From: Desulfurivibrio sp. | GTDB lineage: Bacteria; Desulfobacterota; Desulfobulbia; Desulfobulbales; SURF-16 | Assembly: GCA_003605035.1 (NCBI GenBank) | Contig: QZKJ01000118.1 | Location: 18,304-82,303, forward strand | Direction: 5' to 3' | Length of the DNA: 64,000 nucleotides | Shown here: one piece after another, positions 10,545 through 21,297 of the stretch | Position numbering within the stretch: position 1 is the first letter of the stretch | How the letters are laid out: each line of letters starts with the position of its first letter | Program-made: the position numbers and the translations under genes | Notes under the pieces: model-generated | The model's input: only the letters and a program-made list of their open reading frames with translations | What the model was told of the DNA's origin: nothing | Database searches by the model: none

Positions 10545-11801
10545 ATGTCAGCATTAAAACAGACAGACCCGGCGGTTTATCGCGCCATCCGCTATGAACT
10601 GGAGCGCCAGACCAACCAGCTGGAGCTGATCGCCTCGGAAAATATCGTCAGCATGGCGGTGCTTGAGGCCCAGGGTTCCATCTTCACCAACAAATACGCG
10701 GAAGGCTATCCGAGCAAGCGATACTATGGCGGCTGCGAGTATGCCGACGAGATTGAGTCGCTGGCCATCGACAGGGCCAAGGAGATCTTCGGGGCGGAGT
10801 ATGCCAATGTGCAGCCCCATTCCGGCAGCCAGGCCAATATGGCAGTCTATTTTGCCAGCTTGAAGCCGGGCGACAAGGTGCTGGGCATGGACCTGGCCCA
10901 CGGCGGCCATCTGACCCACGGCAGCGGGGTCAATTTCTCCGGACAACTGTATGATTTCGTCTCCTACGGGGTCAGGCAGGATACCGGCCAGATCGATATG
11001 GAAGCGGTGGAGCGCATTGCCCTGGCGGAAAGACCGAAGATGATCGTGGCCGGGGCCAGCGCCTATCCCAGGTTGATTGACTTTGCGGCCTTCCGCCATA
11101 TTGCCGATAAGATCGACGCCCTGTTCATGGTGGATATGGCCCATATCGCCGGTCTGGTCGCCGCCGGGGTGCACCCTTCACCGGTGCCCCATGCCCATTT
11201 TGTCACCACCACCACCCACAAGACCATGCGCGGCCCGCGGGGCGGCATGATCCTGGCCAAGGGTGAGTTTGACAAGAGGCTGAACAGTAAAATATTCCCG
11301 GGCATCCAGGGCGGACCACTGGTGCACGTGATTGCGGCCAAGGCGGTGAGCTTCAAGGAGGCCATGACCGAGGAGTTCAGGATCTATCAGGAGCAGGTGG
11401 TGAAAAATGCCAGGGCTCTGGCGGAAAACCTGCAGCAATTCAGCTTCCGGCTGGTGTCGGGCGGCACGGATAACCATCTGATGCTGGTCGACCTGACCAA
11501 CAAGGATATCACCGGCAAACTTGCCGAGGAGGTGCTGGAGGACGCCGGGCTGACGGTCAATAAGAATGCCATCCCCTTTGATACCCAGAGCCGTTTCGTC
11601 ACCAGCGGCATCCGCATCGGCACCCCGTCGGTGACCACCCGGGGCCTGCAGGAGCCGGAAATGGCCAAAATCGCCGAGTGGATCAACCGAGCTATCAGCA
11701 ACCGCGACAACAAGGAGACGCTCGCCGCCATCCGGCTTGAGGTTCGGATGCTCTGCGATCAGTTCCCCCTCTATCCGGACTTAGTGCGCGACGATGACTG
11801 A
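10545..11801 (+). CDS. glyA: serine hydroxymethyltransferase
   Basis: 418 aa. [10 protein letters not shown] and the PLP-lysine region [15 protein letters not shown]. Confidence 0.97.
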   Translation: MSALKQTDPAVYRAIRYELERQTNQLELIASENIVSMAVLEAQGSIFTNKYAEGYPSKRYYGGCEYADEIESLAIDRAKEIFGAEYANVQPHSGSQANMAVYFASLKPGDKVLGMDLAHGGHLTHGSGVNFSGQLYDFVSYGVRQDTGQIDMEAVERIALAERPKMIVAGASAYPRLIDFAAFRHIADKIDALFMVDMAHIAGLVAAGVHPSPVPHAHFVTTTTHKTMRGPRGGMILAKGEFDKRLNSKIFPGIQGGPLVHVIAAKAVSFKEAMTEEFRIYQEQVVKNARALAENLQQFSFRLVSGGTDNHLMLVDLTNKDITGKLAEEVLEDAGLTVNKNAIPFDTQSRFVTSGIRIGTPSVTTRGLQEPEMAKIAEWINRAISNRDNKETLAAIRLEVRMLCDQFPLYPDLVRDDD

Positions 11802-12267
11802 TCCCGCCCAGCGCCCATCCTGGTCCGAATATTTTCTTTCCATTACGGAACTGGTTGCCCAGCGGTCAACCTGCACCAGGCGCAAGGTGGGCGCCATCCT
11901 GGTGCGGGACAAACGAATCATTGCCACCGGCTACAACGGCGCCCCCACCAAGGTCCGCCATTGCCTGGAAGTCGGCTGTCTGCGGGCCCAGCAGAATATC
12001 CCTTCCGGTGAACGCCATGAACTGTGCCGGGGGCTGCATGCCGAGCAGAATGCCATTATCCAGGCGGCTCTGCACGGGGTCAGCGTGGAAAATTCCACGG
12101 TATACTGTACGAATATGCCCTGCTCAATCTGCAGCAAGATGCTGATCAACGCCCGGGTCAAGGCCATCTACTACAAGGACGGTTATGCCGACACCCTTGC
12201 CGCCTCCATGCTGGCCGAAGCCGGCATCCCCCTTATTCAGATGGGAAACCCGGCAGAAAACGGCTGA
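11794..12267 (+). CDS. dCMP deaminase / ComEB-family cytidine-deoxycytidylate deaminase
   Basis: 157 aa. Zinc motifs HAEQNAI and [10 protein letters not shown]. Overlaps the glyA stop by 8 nt. Confidence 0.85.
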   Translation: MTDPAQRPSWSEYFLSITELVAQRSTCTRRKVGAILVRDKRIIATGYNGAPTKVRHCLEVGCLRAQQNIPSGERHELCRGLHAEQNAIIQAALHGVSVENSTVYCTNMPCSICSKMLINARVKAIYYKDGYADTLAASMLAEAGIPLIQMGNPAENG

Positions 12268-12374
12268 GGAGCGCCTTGGAAAAAAAGGAGTATCGTTCCC
12301 CCTGCACTGGCCACGGAGAGGCGTTTCTCTCTTTGTGGCCTTTGTTCCATTCAAGAATGATTGCTGGCTGAAAA

Positions 12375-12854
12375 ATGAAATGCCCTTACTGTGGCCATCT
12401 TGAAAACAAGGTGGTTGACTCCCGCCTCAATAAAGACTACACCATCACCCGTCGCCGGCGTCTGTGCGATTCCTGCGGCCGCCGTTTCACCACCTATGAG
12501 CGGCTGGAGGTGACCATGCCCATGCTCATCAAGAAAGATGACCGCCGGGAAGCCTGGGACCGTTCCAAGGTGGTGGCCGGCCTGAAAAAGGCGTGTGAAA
12601 AGAGGCCGGTGAGCATGACCCAGATCGAGGAATTTGTCGATAACCTGGAAAGGGAACTGCAGGACATGGGGGAACGGGAGATTCCGGTGCGGATTGTCGG
12701 GGCGCGGGTGATGGACGCCCTGCGCAATATTGACGAGGTGGCCTATGTCCGTTTTGCCTCGGTTTACCGGCAGTTCAAGGATCTCAATGAGTTCATGGAG
12801 GAATTGAAGGGTTTGCTCGGCGCCCGGGAAGATGAAAAGAATGAAGGATCCTGA
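12375..12854 (+). CDS. nrdR: transcriptional repressor NrdR
   Basis: MKCPYCGH...[12 protein letters not shown] zinc ribbon followed by an ATP-cone. Confidence 0.95.
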   Translation: MKCPYCGHLENKVVDSRLNKDYTITRRRRLCDSCGRRFTTYERLEVTMPMLIKKDDRREAWDRSKVVAGLKKACEKRPVSMTQIEEFVDNLERELQDMGEREIPVRIVGARVMDALRNIDEVAYVRFASVYRQFKDLNEFMEELKGLLGAREDEKNEGS

Positions 12855-13980
12855 CCTGGTCTTCATGAGCATGGCCCTGCGGGAGGCCCGCAAGGGCCTG
12901 GGCCGGACCTCCCCCAATCCCGCGGTTGGTTCGGTGGTGGTGCAGCAAGGCAGGGTGATCGGCAAAGGCTATCACCGCAAGGCAGGCACCCCCCATGCCG
13001 AGATCCACGCCCTGCGGGCGGCCGGGGAAAAAGCCCGGGGCGCGACCCTGTACGTCACCCTGGAACCATGCAACCACACCGGCCGCACCCCGCCCTGCAC
13101 CCGGGCCATCCTGGCAGCCGGCATCAGAAGGGTGGTGGCCGGCATGCTTGACCCCAATCCGCTGGTGGCCGGTTCCGGCTGCGCCTTTCTGCAGGACAAT
13201 GGCATTGAGGTGAGAACCGGGGTGCTGGCCGACGCCTGCCGGGAGCTGAATTATCCGTTCATCAAGCATATTACCACCGGCCTGCCCTGGGTGATCATGA
13301 AGGCAGGCTGTAGTCTGGACGGCCGGATTGCCGCGGCAGACGGGCAGAGCAGCTGGATTACCTGCGCCAAATCACGGGCCGAGGTGCACCGCCTCCGCGA
13401 CCGGGTGGACGCCATTCTGATCGGCGCGGGTACGGCCCTGACCGACGACCCTTCCCTCACCACCAGATTACCGGGGAAAAGGGGTAAAGATCCCGTGCGG
13501 GTGTTGCTGGACAGCAGGCTCCGCCTGACCCCGGCCGCCCTGATGCTTACCCAGCAGTCCCCGGCGCCCACCTGGATTTTCTGCTCCCGCCAGGCCGGGC
13601 AGGCCAGGGCTGAGGCCCTGGAAAAGGCGGGGGCGAAAATCATCCGGGTGGACAGCGGCCGGGACGGTCTGGATCTGCGGCAGGTGCTGCGGTTTTTAGG
13701 CGATGCCCAGCTGAACAGCGTACTGGTGGAGGGCGGCAGCCAGGTGCATGGCTCCTTTCTGCGGGCCGGGCTGGTGGATCAGGTCTGCCTTTTTCTGGCC
13801 CCGCTTTTTCTGGGCGGCGACGCGGTGCCGGTGGTTGACGGTCTGCGGCTGGCCGGGGTGCAGGAGGGCAAGCGCTTTGTCACCCGCCGCATCAGACGTT
13901 TTGATGACGATGTGCTGATTGACGGACTGTTTACCACCATGCAGGAGACGGGCGGCAAACAGCTGAACGTGACCATTTAA
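12832..13980 (+). CDS. ribD: bifunctional diaminohydroxyphosphoribosylaminopyrimidine deaminase / 5-amino-6-(5-phosphoribosylamino)uracil reductase
   Basis: 382 aa. Deaminase motifs HAEIHAL and [13 protein letters not shown], with a C-terminal reductase domain. Sits in a rib operon. Confidence 0.93.
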   Translation: MKRMKDPDLVFMSMALREARKGLGRTSPNPAVGSVVVQQGRVIGKGYHRKAGTPHAEIHALRAAGEKARGATLYVTLEPCNHTGRTPPCTRAILAAGIRRVVAGMLDPNPLVAGSGCAFLQDNGIEVRTGVLADACRELNYPFIKHITTGLPWVIMKAGCSLDGRIAAADGQSSWITCAKSRAEVHRLRDRVDAILIGAGTALTDDPSLTTRLPGKRGKDPVRVLLDSRLRLTPAALMLTQQSPAPTWIFCSRQAGQARAEALEKAGAKIIRVDSGRDGLDLRQVLRFLGDAQLNSVLVEGGSQVHGSFLRAGLVDQVCLFLAPLFLGGDAVPVVDGLRLAGVQEGKRFVTRRIRRFDDDVLIDGLFTTMQETGGKQLNVTI

Positions 13981-14003
13981 CGGGAAAAACCTTACGCAAG
14001 AAC

Positions 14004-14663
14004 ATGTTTACCGGAATTATTCAGGGGAAAGGCAAACTCATCGAAAAAAGGCCCGCCGGCGGCGGCATGGTTTTCGGGGTGGAGGCGGATTTTGCCCTCA
14101 CCGAGCCACAGGAGGGTGAATCCATTGCCTGCAACGGCGTCTGTCTGACCGCCAAGAAGATCAGCGGCCGGCGTTTTGAGGTGGATGTGTCGCCGGAAAG
14201 CCTGTCCCGCACCAATCTCGGCAGCATCGCCGTCGGCATGCAGCTGAATCTCGAGCGGGCCCTGCGCTTAAGCGACCGGCTGGGCGGCCACCTGGTCAGC
14301 GGCCACGTGGATGCCACCACGCCGATAGTGGAAAGAAAGCCGGAGGGTGATTTCGTGCGGTTTCATTTTGCCGTACCGCAAGGACTGGGCCGCTATATTA
14401 TTGAGAAGGGCTCCATCACCATCAATGGCATCAGCCTCACGGTGAACGCTTGTGATGACCGCACCTTTTCCGTGGCCATCATCCCCCATACCCTGCAGGT
14501 CACCACCCTGGGCCTGCTGAAACAGGGGGACCTGGTGAACATCGAGGTGGACCTGATCGGTAAATACGTGGAAAAGCTGCTGCAGGTTAAGGAGAATGGC
14601 GAAAAAAACCAGGGGTCGCGCATCAATCCGGCTTTTCTGGCGGAGCATGGTTTTTTGAAGTAA
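14004..14663 (+). CDS. ribE: riboflavin synthase (alpha chain)
   Basis: MFTGIIQGKG N-terminus and duplicated lumazine-binding repeats (ACNGVCLT / INGISLTV). Confidence 0.93.
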   Translation: MFTGIIQGKGKLIEKRPAGGGMVFGVEADFALTEPQEGESIACNGVCLTAKKISGRRFEVDVSPESLSRTNLGSIAVGMQLNLERALRLSDRLGGHLVSGHVDATTPIVERKPEGDFVRFHFAVPQGLGRYIIEKGSITINGISLTVNACDDRTFSVAIIPHTLQVTTLGLLKQGDLVNIEVDLIGKYVEKLLQVKENGEKNQGSRINPAFLAEHGFLK

Positions 14664-14835
14664 TACGCTGAACGGTATAAGGGGCGGCCGTAACCAGATG
14701 AATGGTTATTCCGCAACGGCCCTTATGCCGTTTACAGCATTACGCTGTTACCGTTATTTTTGAACAAGGGCTTACAGTACCCCTAAATTTACACTTTTAT
14801 TTATTCCTATTTCAGATCCGGCCCGGCCGGATCAG

Positions 14836-16068
14836 GTGAAGAACATGCCGGTAAGCAGTATAGAAGAGGTAATCGAAGACATCAGGGCAGGGAAGATGAT
14901 CATCCTGGTTGATGATGAGGACAGGGAAAATGAAGGCGACCTGTGCATGGCCGCCCAGATGGCCACCCCGGAGGCCATCAACTTCATGGCCACCCATGGC
15001 AGGGGCTTGATCTGTCTGACCCTGACCCCGGAGCATCTTGAGCGGCTGAAACTGCCCATGATGGTGCAGAACAACCAGTCGCCGTATCAGACCGCCTTTA
15101 CCGTGAGCATCGAGGCGCGGCAGGGCGTGACCACCGGCATCTCCGCCGCCGACCGGGCCAGGACCATCCAGGCGGCGGTGGCCCCTGATGTCAAACCCGA
15201 GGACCTGGTCAGCCCGGGCCATGTGTTCCCCCTGCGGGCGCGCCGGGGCGGGGTGCTGGTGCGCACCGGCCAGACCGAAGGTTCGGTTGATCTGGCCAGG
15301 CTGGCCGGCCTTTCCCCGTCCGGGGTCATCTGCGAGATCATGAAAAACGACGGCACCATGGCCAGGATGCCGGACCTGCAGATCTTTGCCAGAGAGCATG
15401 GCCTGAAGATCGCCACCATCGCCGATCTGGTCGCCTACCGCATGAAGATGGACAAGCTGGTCCACCGGGCCGCGGAGACCAAACTGCCCACCCGCTATGG
15501 CGGAGAATTCAAGGCCGTGGTATACACCAATGATGTGGATGACTATGAGCACCTGGCCCTGATCAAGGGCGACATCAGCGCGGACAAGGGGGTGCTGGTG
15601 CGGGTTCATTCCGAATGCCTGACCGGTGATGTTTTCGGTTCCATGCGCTGCGACTGCGGCGGCCAGCTGCAGGCGGCCATGCGCATGGTCAACCGGGAGG
15701 GTTGCGGCGTCATCCTCTATATGCACCAGGAGGGCCGGGGAATCGGGCTGGCCAATAAGATCAAGGCCTATGCCCTGCAGGATAAGGGGATGGATACGGT
15801 GGAGGCCAATCTGAAACTTGGCTTCAAGGCCGATCTGCGCGATTACGGCATCGGCGCCCAGATCCTGCGGGATATCGGGGTCAGGAAGATGAAACTGATG
15901 ACCAACAATCCCAAAAAGATCGTCGGACTCGAGGGATACGGGCTGGAGGTGGTGGACCGGGTGAAGATCGAGACCAATCCGGTGCCGGAAAACCTGGGCT
16001 ATCTGCGTTGTAAAAAGGATAAAATGGGCCATCTTCTTGAGCTGAACGGTTCGGAAGAGGTAGACTGA
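14836..16068 (+). CDS. ribBA: bifunctional 3,4-dihydroxy-2-butanone-4-phosphate synthase / GTP cyclohydrolase II
   Basis: 410 aa. DHBP synthase motif [11 protein letters not shown] and GCH II motif [21 protein letters not shown]. An alternative ATG lies at 14845. Confidence 0.95.
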   Translation: MKNMPVSSIEEVIEDIRAGKMIILVDDEDRENEGDLCMAAQMATPEAINFMATHGRGLICLTLTPEHLERLKLPMMVQNNQSPYQTAFTVSIEARQGVTTGISAADRARTIQAAVAPDVKPEDLVSPGHVFPLRARRGGVLVRTGQTEGSVDLARLAGLSPSGVICEIMKNDGTMARMPDLQIFAREHGLKIATIADLVAYRMKMDKLVHRAAETKLPTRYGGEFKAVVYTNDVDDYEHLALIKGDISADKGVLVRVHSECLTGDVFGSMRCDCGGQLQAAMRMVNREGCGVILYMHQEGRGIGLANKIKAYALQDKGMDTVEANLKLGFKADLRDYGIGAQILRDIGVRKMKLMTNNPKKIVGLEGYGLEVVDRVKIETNPVPENLGYLRCKKDKMGHLLELNGSEEVD

Positions 16069-16088
16069 AAAAAAATTGGAGTTCGGTA

Positions 16089-16556
16089 ATGGCAAAATAT
16101 TTTGAAGGAAATTTCCAGGCTGAAGGGAAAAAAATCGGCATCGTGCTGGCCCGTTTCAACTCATTTATCGCGGAACGTCTGCTGGAGGGTGCCCTGGACA
16201 CCCTGCTCCGATTCGGCGCCACTGACGATGACATCGAGGTGGCCAGGGTGCCGGGCGCTTTTGAAATACCCCTGGTGGCCCAGAAAATGGCCCGATCCGG
16301 ACGCTATGACGCGGTGATCTGTCTAGGCGCCGTCATCCGCGGGGCGACCCCGCATTTTGATTTCGTGGCAAACGAGGCGGCCAAAGGGATTGCCCAGGCC
16401 AGCATGGAGAGCGGGGTGCCGATCATCTTTGGCGTACTCACCACCGACACCATCGAACAGGCCATTGAGCGGGCCGGGTCCAAGGCCGGCAATAAAGGTT
16501 CCGAGTGCGCCGCCGCTGCCATCGAGATGGTTAACCTGTTAAAAAGCCTCCTATGA
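16089..16556 (+). CDS. ribH: 6,7-dimethyl-8-ribityllumazine synthase
   Basis: 155 aa. [33 protein letters not shown]. Confidence 0.95.
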   Translation: MAKYFEGNFQAEGKKIGIVLARFNSFIAERLLEGALDTLLRFGATDDDIEVARVPGAFEIPLVAQKMARSGRYDAVICLGAVIRGATPHFDFVANEAAKGIAQASMESGVPIIFGVLTTDTIEQAIERAGSKAGNKGSECAAAAIEMVNLLKSLL

Positions 16557-16960
16557 GCATCCGTCGCAAATCACGGGAACTCGCCCTGCAATGTCTCTAT
16601 CAGCTTGATCAGTGCGGCGGCCAGCAGACTGATATTGCCCGTATGGGCGAACATTTTGATGTGAACAAGAAGGCGGTTCCCTATGCCCAGGAGCTGATCA
16701 GCGGCATTCAGCTGCAGTGGGATGCCATCAACAGCATGATCGAGCTGCACGCCAAGAACTGGCGGCTCAGCCGGATGGCGGTGATTGACCGCAATATCCT
16801 CCGCATTGCCAGCTTTGAGCTGGCCCATATGCCTGATGTCCCTTCGTCCGTGATTCTCAACGAGGCCATTGAGATTGCCAAGCGTTTCAGCACCGATGAT
16901 GCCGCCCCCTTCATCAACGGCATACTCGACTCCATCTGCCGCAGTGTCAGGAAGGAATAG
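16553..16960 (+). CDS. nusB: transcription antitermination factor NusB
   Basis: 135 aa. [15 protein letters not shown]-terminus. Canonical ribH-nusB linkage with a 4-nt overlap. Confidence 0.93.
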   Translation: MSIRRKSRELALQCLYQLDQCGGQQTDIARMGEHFDVNKKAVPYAQELISGIQLQWDAINSMIELHAKNWRLSRMAVIDRNILRIASFELAHMPDVPSSVILNEAIEIAKRFSTDDAAPFINGILDSICRSVRKE

Positions 16961-17008
16961 GCTGGAAAAATTTCACGCGGAAGCGGAGAACCTTCTGCCG
17001 GCCATGTT

Positions 17009-19165
17009 ATGGTAAAAGCCACAAGCAATCAAACCTACCAGCCCACTCTTGGGCAAGAGGTGGCAGCTGTTCTCGCCATCGTTGCCGGTCTTTTTCTGCT
17101 GCTCTCCTTTGTCAGTTTCTCTGCCCCTGCCGGGCCGGCCATGGCCGGCGCCTCCGCCAACTGGTGCGGCAGCGTGGGCAATTTTCTGGCCACCCTGTTC
17201 ATGAGTTTTCTGGGACTCAGCTCCTTCTGGCTGCCGGTTCTCCTGTTTTTTTTCGGGGTGTCGATCTTTTTCGGCAGGTTCGCCCTCCAGCGGCTGCCCA
17301 TTATCTGCGGCGGCTGTACCGGCCTGCTGATGGGCAGCAGCGCCCTGCTGGCCTCGCTTGCCTGGCAGCGCCTGCCGCTCTTTGGCCGCGCTTATCCCAT
17401 TGCCGGCCGGCTGGGGGAGATCCTCTTCGGGGTGACCAGCACCTATTTCGGCTGGGCGGGCGCCTTGCTCTTTTACGCCACCGTCCTGCTGCTGTCGCTG
17501 ATGGCCACGGTGCGTTTTTCCCCCTTTTTTGTGGGGAGAAGCGTGGTGCAGACCTGCGGCACCATCAACCAGAAACTCAAGCAGCGCAAACAGCTGAAAT
17601 CGCTGCCGGACAAGGGGGTAGTTAACGGCAATGGCAACAGCGGCGAGCGGCTGCGGCCTGATGAGCCGGATGAGCCGCAGCTCGCCCTCCCGCAGCTGCA
17701 TGAACCGGTTGCCCTGAAAAATGTCGTGGCCAGGGAGGAGTTTCAGCCCCTGCCCGTGCAGCCGGGCAATTTCCAACTGCCCAGCCTCTCCCTGCTCAAT
17801 AACCCCCCTGAGGATGCGGTGGTTATCGAAAGGGAGCATTATCTGGCGGTCAGCCGCACCCTGGAAAGCAAACTGGCCGATTTCGGGGTCAAGGGCAATG
17901 TGACGGGCATCTCCCCCGGGCCGGTGATCACCACCTATGAATTCGCCCCGGCCCCGGGGGTCAAGATCAACCGCATCGTTTCCCTGGCCGATGATCTCGC
18001 CCTTGGCCTGCAGGCGGAAAGCGTGCGCATCATCGGCTCCATTCCCGGCAAGGCGGCAGTGGGCATCGAGATCCCCAATCCCCGCCGCAAAACCGTCACC
18101 ATCCGTGAAATTCTCGCCACCGATAAATTCATCAAGGCCGAATCCAAGCTGACCATCGGCCTCGGCATGGATGTGGTCGGCCGGCCGGTCTGCGCCGATC
18201 TGACCAGAATGCCCCATCTGCTCATCGCCGGCGCCACCGGGGCGGGCAAAAGCGTGGCCATCAACGCCATCATCTGCAGCATTCTCTTCAAGGCCACCCC
18301 GGACGAGGTGCGCCTGCTCATGGTTGACCCCAAACGCATCGAGCTCTCCAGCTATGAGGCGATTCCCCATCTGCTGCATCCGGTGGTGGTCGATCCGAAG
18401 ATGGCCAGCCGCGCCCTGCAGTGGGCCGTCCGGGAGATGGAGCGGCGCTACATCCTCATGGAGGCCATGCGGGTCAAGGGCTTTGCCAGTTATAATGAGA
18501 TCGCCGAGGAGAAGCTCCCCTATATCGTCATCATCATCGATGAGCTGGCCGATCTGATGATGGTCTCCTCCAATGAGGTGGAAACCGCCGTGGCCCGCCT
18601 GGCCCAGATGGCCAGGGCGGCCGGCATGCATCTTATCCTGGCCACCCAGCGGCCCTCGGTGGATGTCCTGACCGGGCTGATCAAGGCCAATTTCCCCACC
18701 AGGATGTCGTTCAAGGTCTCCTCCAAGATCGATTCCCGCACCATTCTTGACACCAGCGGGGCGGAACATCTGCTCGGCGCGGGCGACATGCTCTTTCTGC
18801 CGCCGGGCACGGCCCGGCTGCAGCGCATCCACGGGGCCTATATCTCGGAGCAGGAATCCGAGCGGCTGGTCACCTTTCTCAAGCAGCAGGGCAGCGCCCG
18901 CTATGATGAGTCCGTCATCCAGAGCGTGGAAAAGGAGGAGGAAGCGCTGGACGACGATGCCGAAGGGGATCTGGACGAGAAATACGATGAGGCGGTGGCC
19001 ATTGTCTGCGAAACCGGCCAGGCCTCCATCTCCATGATCCAGCGCCGGCTGCGGGTGGGCTACAACCGGGCGGCCCGCATGATCGAAACCATGGAAAAGG
19101 AAGGGGTCATCGGCCCGGCGGACGGGGCCAAACCGAGGGAAGTGCTGGCCCGCAGGAATTATTGA
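17009..19165 (+). CDS. ftsK: DNA translocase FtsK
   Basis: 718 aa. N-terminal membrane helices, Walker A LLIAGATGAGKSV, Walker B IVIIIDELADL, and a C-terminal gamma winged helix ASISMIQRRLRVGYNRAARMIE. Confidence 0.93.
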   Translation: MVKATSNQTYQPTLGQEVAAVLAIVAGLFLLLSFVSFSAPAGPAMAGASANWCGSVGNFLATLFMSFLGLSSFWLPVLLFFFGVSIFFGRFALQRLPIICGGCTGLLMGSSALLASLAWQRLPLFGRAYPIAGRLGEILFGVTSTYFGWAGALLFYATVLLLSLMATVRFSPFFVGRSVVQTCGTINQKLKQRKQLKSLPDKGVVNGNGNSGERLRPDEPDEPQLALPQLHEPVALKNVVAREEFQPLPVQPGNFQLPSLSLLNNPPEDAVVIEREHYLAVSRTLESKLADFGVKGNVTGISPGPVITTYEFAPAPGVKINRIVSLADDLALGLQAESVRIIGSIPGKAAVGIEIPNPRRKTVTIREILATDKFIKAESKLTIGLGMDVVGRPVCADLTRMPHLLIAGATGAGKSVAINAIICSILFKATPDEVRLLMVDPKRIELSSYEAIPHLLHPVVVDPKMASRALQWAVREMERRYILMEAMRVKGFASYNEIAEEKLPYIVIIIDELADLMMVSSNEVETAVARLAQMARAAGMHLILATQRPSVDVLTGLIKANFPTRMSFKVSSKIDSRTILDTSGAEHLLGAGDMLFLPPGTARLQRIHGAYISEQESERLVTFLKQQGSARYDESVIQSVEKEEEALDDDAEGDLDEKYDEAVAIVCETGQASISMIQRRLRVGYNRAARMIETMEKEGVIGPADGAKPREVLARRNY

Positions 19166-19177
19166 TGAAACGGTAGG

Positions 19178-19320
19178 AGGTTGTTTAGACTATTAGACTG
19201 TAGTCTGTTAGGTAAAAAAAACAGCCTCATCTGGTAATTTTTCATTACTAACAGGCTAAATACCTACAGACTATACACCTAAGGTTGTTTAGACTGCAGT
19301 CTGTTAGGTAAAAAAACCAG
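19178..19320. repeat. two direct copies of a ~40-bp element with an internal palindrome, in the ftsK-PHP intergenic region
   Basis: Copy 1 (19178-19224) is AGGTTGTTTAGACT[ATTAGACT]GTAGTCTGTTAGGTAAAAAAAACAG. Copy 2 (19282-19320) is AGGTTGTTTAGACTGCAGTCTGTTAGGTAAAAAAACCAG. The core palindrome is AGACTGCAGTCT. An inverted partial copy CCTACAGACT sits at 19263-19272. Confidence 0.7.
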
Positions 19321-19325
19321 ACTCT

Positions 19326-20147
19326 ATGCACCTTCCCTTGCCTTTTATTATGCCGCAAGCCCCCATCGACATCACCACGGACGGCCATGTCCATACCCGG
19401 CTCTGCCACCACGCCAGGGGCGAGATGGAGGAGTACGTGCAGGCCGCGGTTGCCGCGGGGCTTAAAAAAATCATTTTTCTTGAGCACTATGAAACCGGTA
19501 TCGACTACTTTGAATCCACCTGGCTGACCGAGGCGGATTTCGTTTATTATCATGGGGAAGGCAGACGGCTGGCGGAAAAATACCAGGGGCTCATTGCGGT
19601 GGGCGCAGGCGTTGAGGTGGGCGCCAATCCGGAGCATCTGCAGGACGCCGTGGCTTTTCTGGGCAAATTCAAGTGGGAGCGCATCGGCCTCTCCTACCAT
19701 TACCTGAAAACGGATCTCGGCCATGTCAACATGGTGAGCCGCCGGCCGGCCAGCATCGCCCTGATGGAGAGGTTCGGTGTGGCAAATGTCGCGGCCGCCT
19801 ATTTTGCCGGGCTCAAAAAGGCCCTGGCCGTGATCCCGGCTGATGTGGTCTGCCATCTCGATGCCGTGATGCGCCATTGCCCGTCCTTTGTCTTTGCCGA
19901 GGATGATTTTGCCAGAACGGTGGAAATCCTCTCGCTCATGCGGGAAAAAGATGTGGCCCTGGAGGTGAACACCTCAGGCTATCCCCTGCGGGGTGAACCG
20001 TTTCCCTCGCTGCGGCTGCTCAAGGTGGCCCAGGGCATGGGAGTGCGGCTGGTGGCCGGCTCGGACGCCCATAGGCCTGAGCATGTGGGGCGGTATTTTG
20101 ACCGGCTGGCTGAGCTGCTTGGGTTAAGGTTGCCAAATAAGGAGTAA
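19326..20147 (+). CDS. PHP-domain phosphoesterase (histidinol-phosphatase HisJ-like family)
   Basis: 273 aa. PHP metal-ligand pattern DGHVHTRLCHHA near the N-terminus, ...LEH..., and C-terminal GSDAHRPEHVG. An alternative ATG lies at 19353. Confidence 0.75.
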   Translation: MHLPLPFIMPQAPIDITTDGHVHTRLCHHARGEMEEYVQAAVAAGLKKIIFLEHYETGIDYFESTWLTEADFVYYHGEGRRLAEKYQGLIAVGAGVEVGANPEHLQDAVAFLGKFKWERIGLSYHYLKTDLGHVNMVSRRPASIALMERFGVANVAAAYFAGLKKALAVIPADVVCHLDAVMRHCPSFVFAEDDFARTVEILSLMREKDVALEVNTSGYPLRGEPFPSLRLLKVAQGMGVRLVAGSDAHRPEHVGRYFDRLAELLGLRLPNKE

Positions 20148-20152
20148 CGAGT

Positions 20153-20698
20153 ATGGAAAGGGATGACAAAAAGCGTTTTCTATCTTATGAACTTGGTCTT
20201 CTTACGCTGAAAGCCGCTTTGTCTACCCGAGATAAAGAGTACCCCGTCTATAACAAAGCCACGAAAGACTTTCAAAGAAAAGAACCAAAACGAGTTTTTC
20301 GAGAGTGTTTGTGTACTATAGAGACCAAGTATTCTGAGGGCGCGGTTCCCGAAAACAAACATACTGCGTTTATCGCTGAGGTTGCCTCAAATCTCTCAAA
20401 AAAGCTATCTTGTTATTTATATAACAGTAAGTTCAGGATTGGTGTAGCCCAAAAACTCGTTAATCTTCACTTGAAGTATCTCTGGACTGCCGGGTTCTGC
20501 CCAGAGCCGCCGCACTGCCCAATAGATGGCATTATTCGAGATCGTGCTGGTCTCAATTATAATTGGACAAGTAGTGACTCTATTGAGGAATACACACAAG
20601 CCATTAAAGCCTTGAGAAGGATTGCCAGCACAAAAGGCCTAACATTGGCCCAATGGGAGCTTGAATCATTTCGAAGAAGAGAAGATGAAGAGATCTAA
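20153..20698 (+). CDS. hypothetical protein (AT-rich orphan)
   Basis: 181-aa ORF starting 5 nt after the PHP stop, with AAGGAG 8 nt upstream of its ATG. Codon usage is visibly A/T-rich compared with all neighbours. I recognise no family. Confidence 0.55.
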   Translation: MERDDKKRFLSYELGLLTLKAALSTRDKEYPVYNKATKDFQRKEPKRVFRECLCTIETKYSEGAVPENKHTAFIAEVASNLSKKLSCYLYNSKFRIGVAQKLVNLHLKYLWTAGFCPEPPHCPIDGIIRDRAGLNYNWTSSDSIEEYTQAIKALRRIASTKGLTLAQWELESFRRREDEEI

Positions 20699-20776
20699 TA
20701 TGCCAATGACACGCACACCCCATCTCGCCTGGTTGTTCTGGTGCCAATGTTGAGTATTGAAGGAGTGAGCGTTGCT

Positions 20777-21169
20777 CTACCCCACCTCAATCACCAGTGG
20801 AATAATGTGCAGCTCGCTGGAAACGGACTTGGTGCTCTTCAGTGCCCACTTGTTGCAGGTGAGTTGCCCGGCGAGCAGCTTGCTGATTTCCCCCACCAGG
20901 CCCTTGATATTGATCACCGGATGGCGGGAAAAGACCTCGGGCAGGCCGTAGGTCAGGTTGCAGGCCAGGCATTTGCCCGGGCGCTGGATGAGATGCAGCT
21001 GGAAATGCAGCTGTCTGTTCTGTGAGTCGTAGCCGCTGAATTTGAGAGCGATATCATAGGCCCCTTCGGCGGCATCACCGAACAGGGCATCAAAAAAATC
21101 ATTGGCCCGGCTGACTGGGAAGAGATTCTGGAGCGCATCATCGGTGAAGATATCGTGCAGATCAGCCAT
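20777..21169 (-). CDS. conserved hypothetical protein
   Basis: Start set at MADLHDIF (ATG at 21169, GGAGG 10 nt upstream); the track ORF extends to 21196. GC-typical codon usage. No domain assignment from memory. Confidence 0.55.
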   Translation of the reverse strand: MADLHDIFTDDALQNLFPVSRANDFFDALFGDAAEGAYDIALKFSGYDSQNRQLHFQLHLIQRPGKCLACNLTYGLPEVFSRHPVINIKGLVGEISKLLAGQLTCNKWALKSTKSVSSELHIIPLVIEVG

Positions 21170-21297
21170 TTTCAGAAAACCTCCTCGCTTGGTCATTACA
21201 GGGCGGCAATACGTAGTAATTGAATATCATTTGTAATTTGGCATACTACTTTTTTTGCGGGTTCAGGTCAAACCAAAAAAATATATAGTGCATAACT

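Noticed and set aside
12268-14835. FMN riboswitch in front of the rib genes (upstream of nrdR/ribD, and the 172-bp ribE-ribBA spacer).
   Set aside because: I could not find the conserved FMN-element core sequences. The 14664-14835 spacer shows only an imperfect nested hairpin, more consistent with an internal terminator or processing site.
14812-16095. Very long antisense ORFs opposite real genes. Examples: 14812-16095(-), 16973-18832(-), 33736-35910(+), 35808-38708(+), 39277-40785(+), 42310-44451(+), 44994-46895(+), 50120-51667(-), 53564-55369(-), 62585-63844(-).
   Set aside because: These are typical shadow ORFs of GC-rich DNA. Their translations are low-complexity and rich in Gly, Arg, Pro, Ala and His, with no motifs. 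The opposite strand encodes proteins with clear family signatures.
19178-19320. LexA/SOS box interpretation of the GGTTGTTTAGACT repeats (next to ftsK and near a UvrD-like helicase).
   Set aside because: The sequence does not fit the deltaproteobacterial GGTT-N2-C-N4-G-N3-ACC pattern that I recall.
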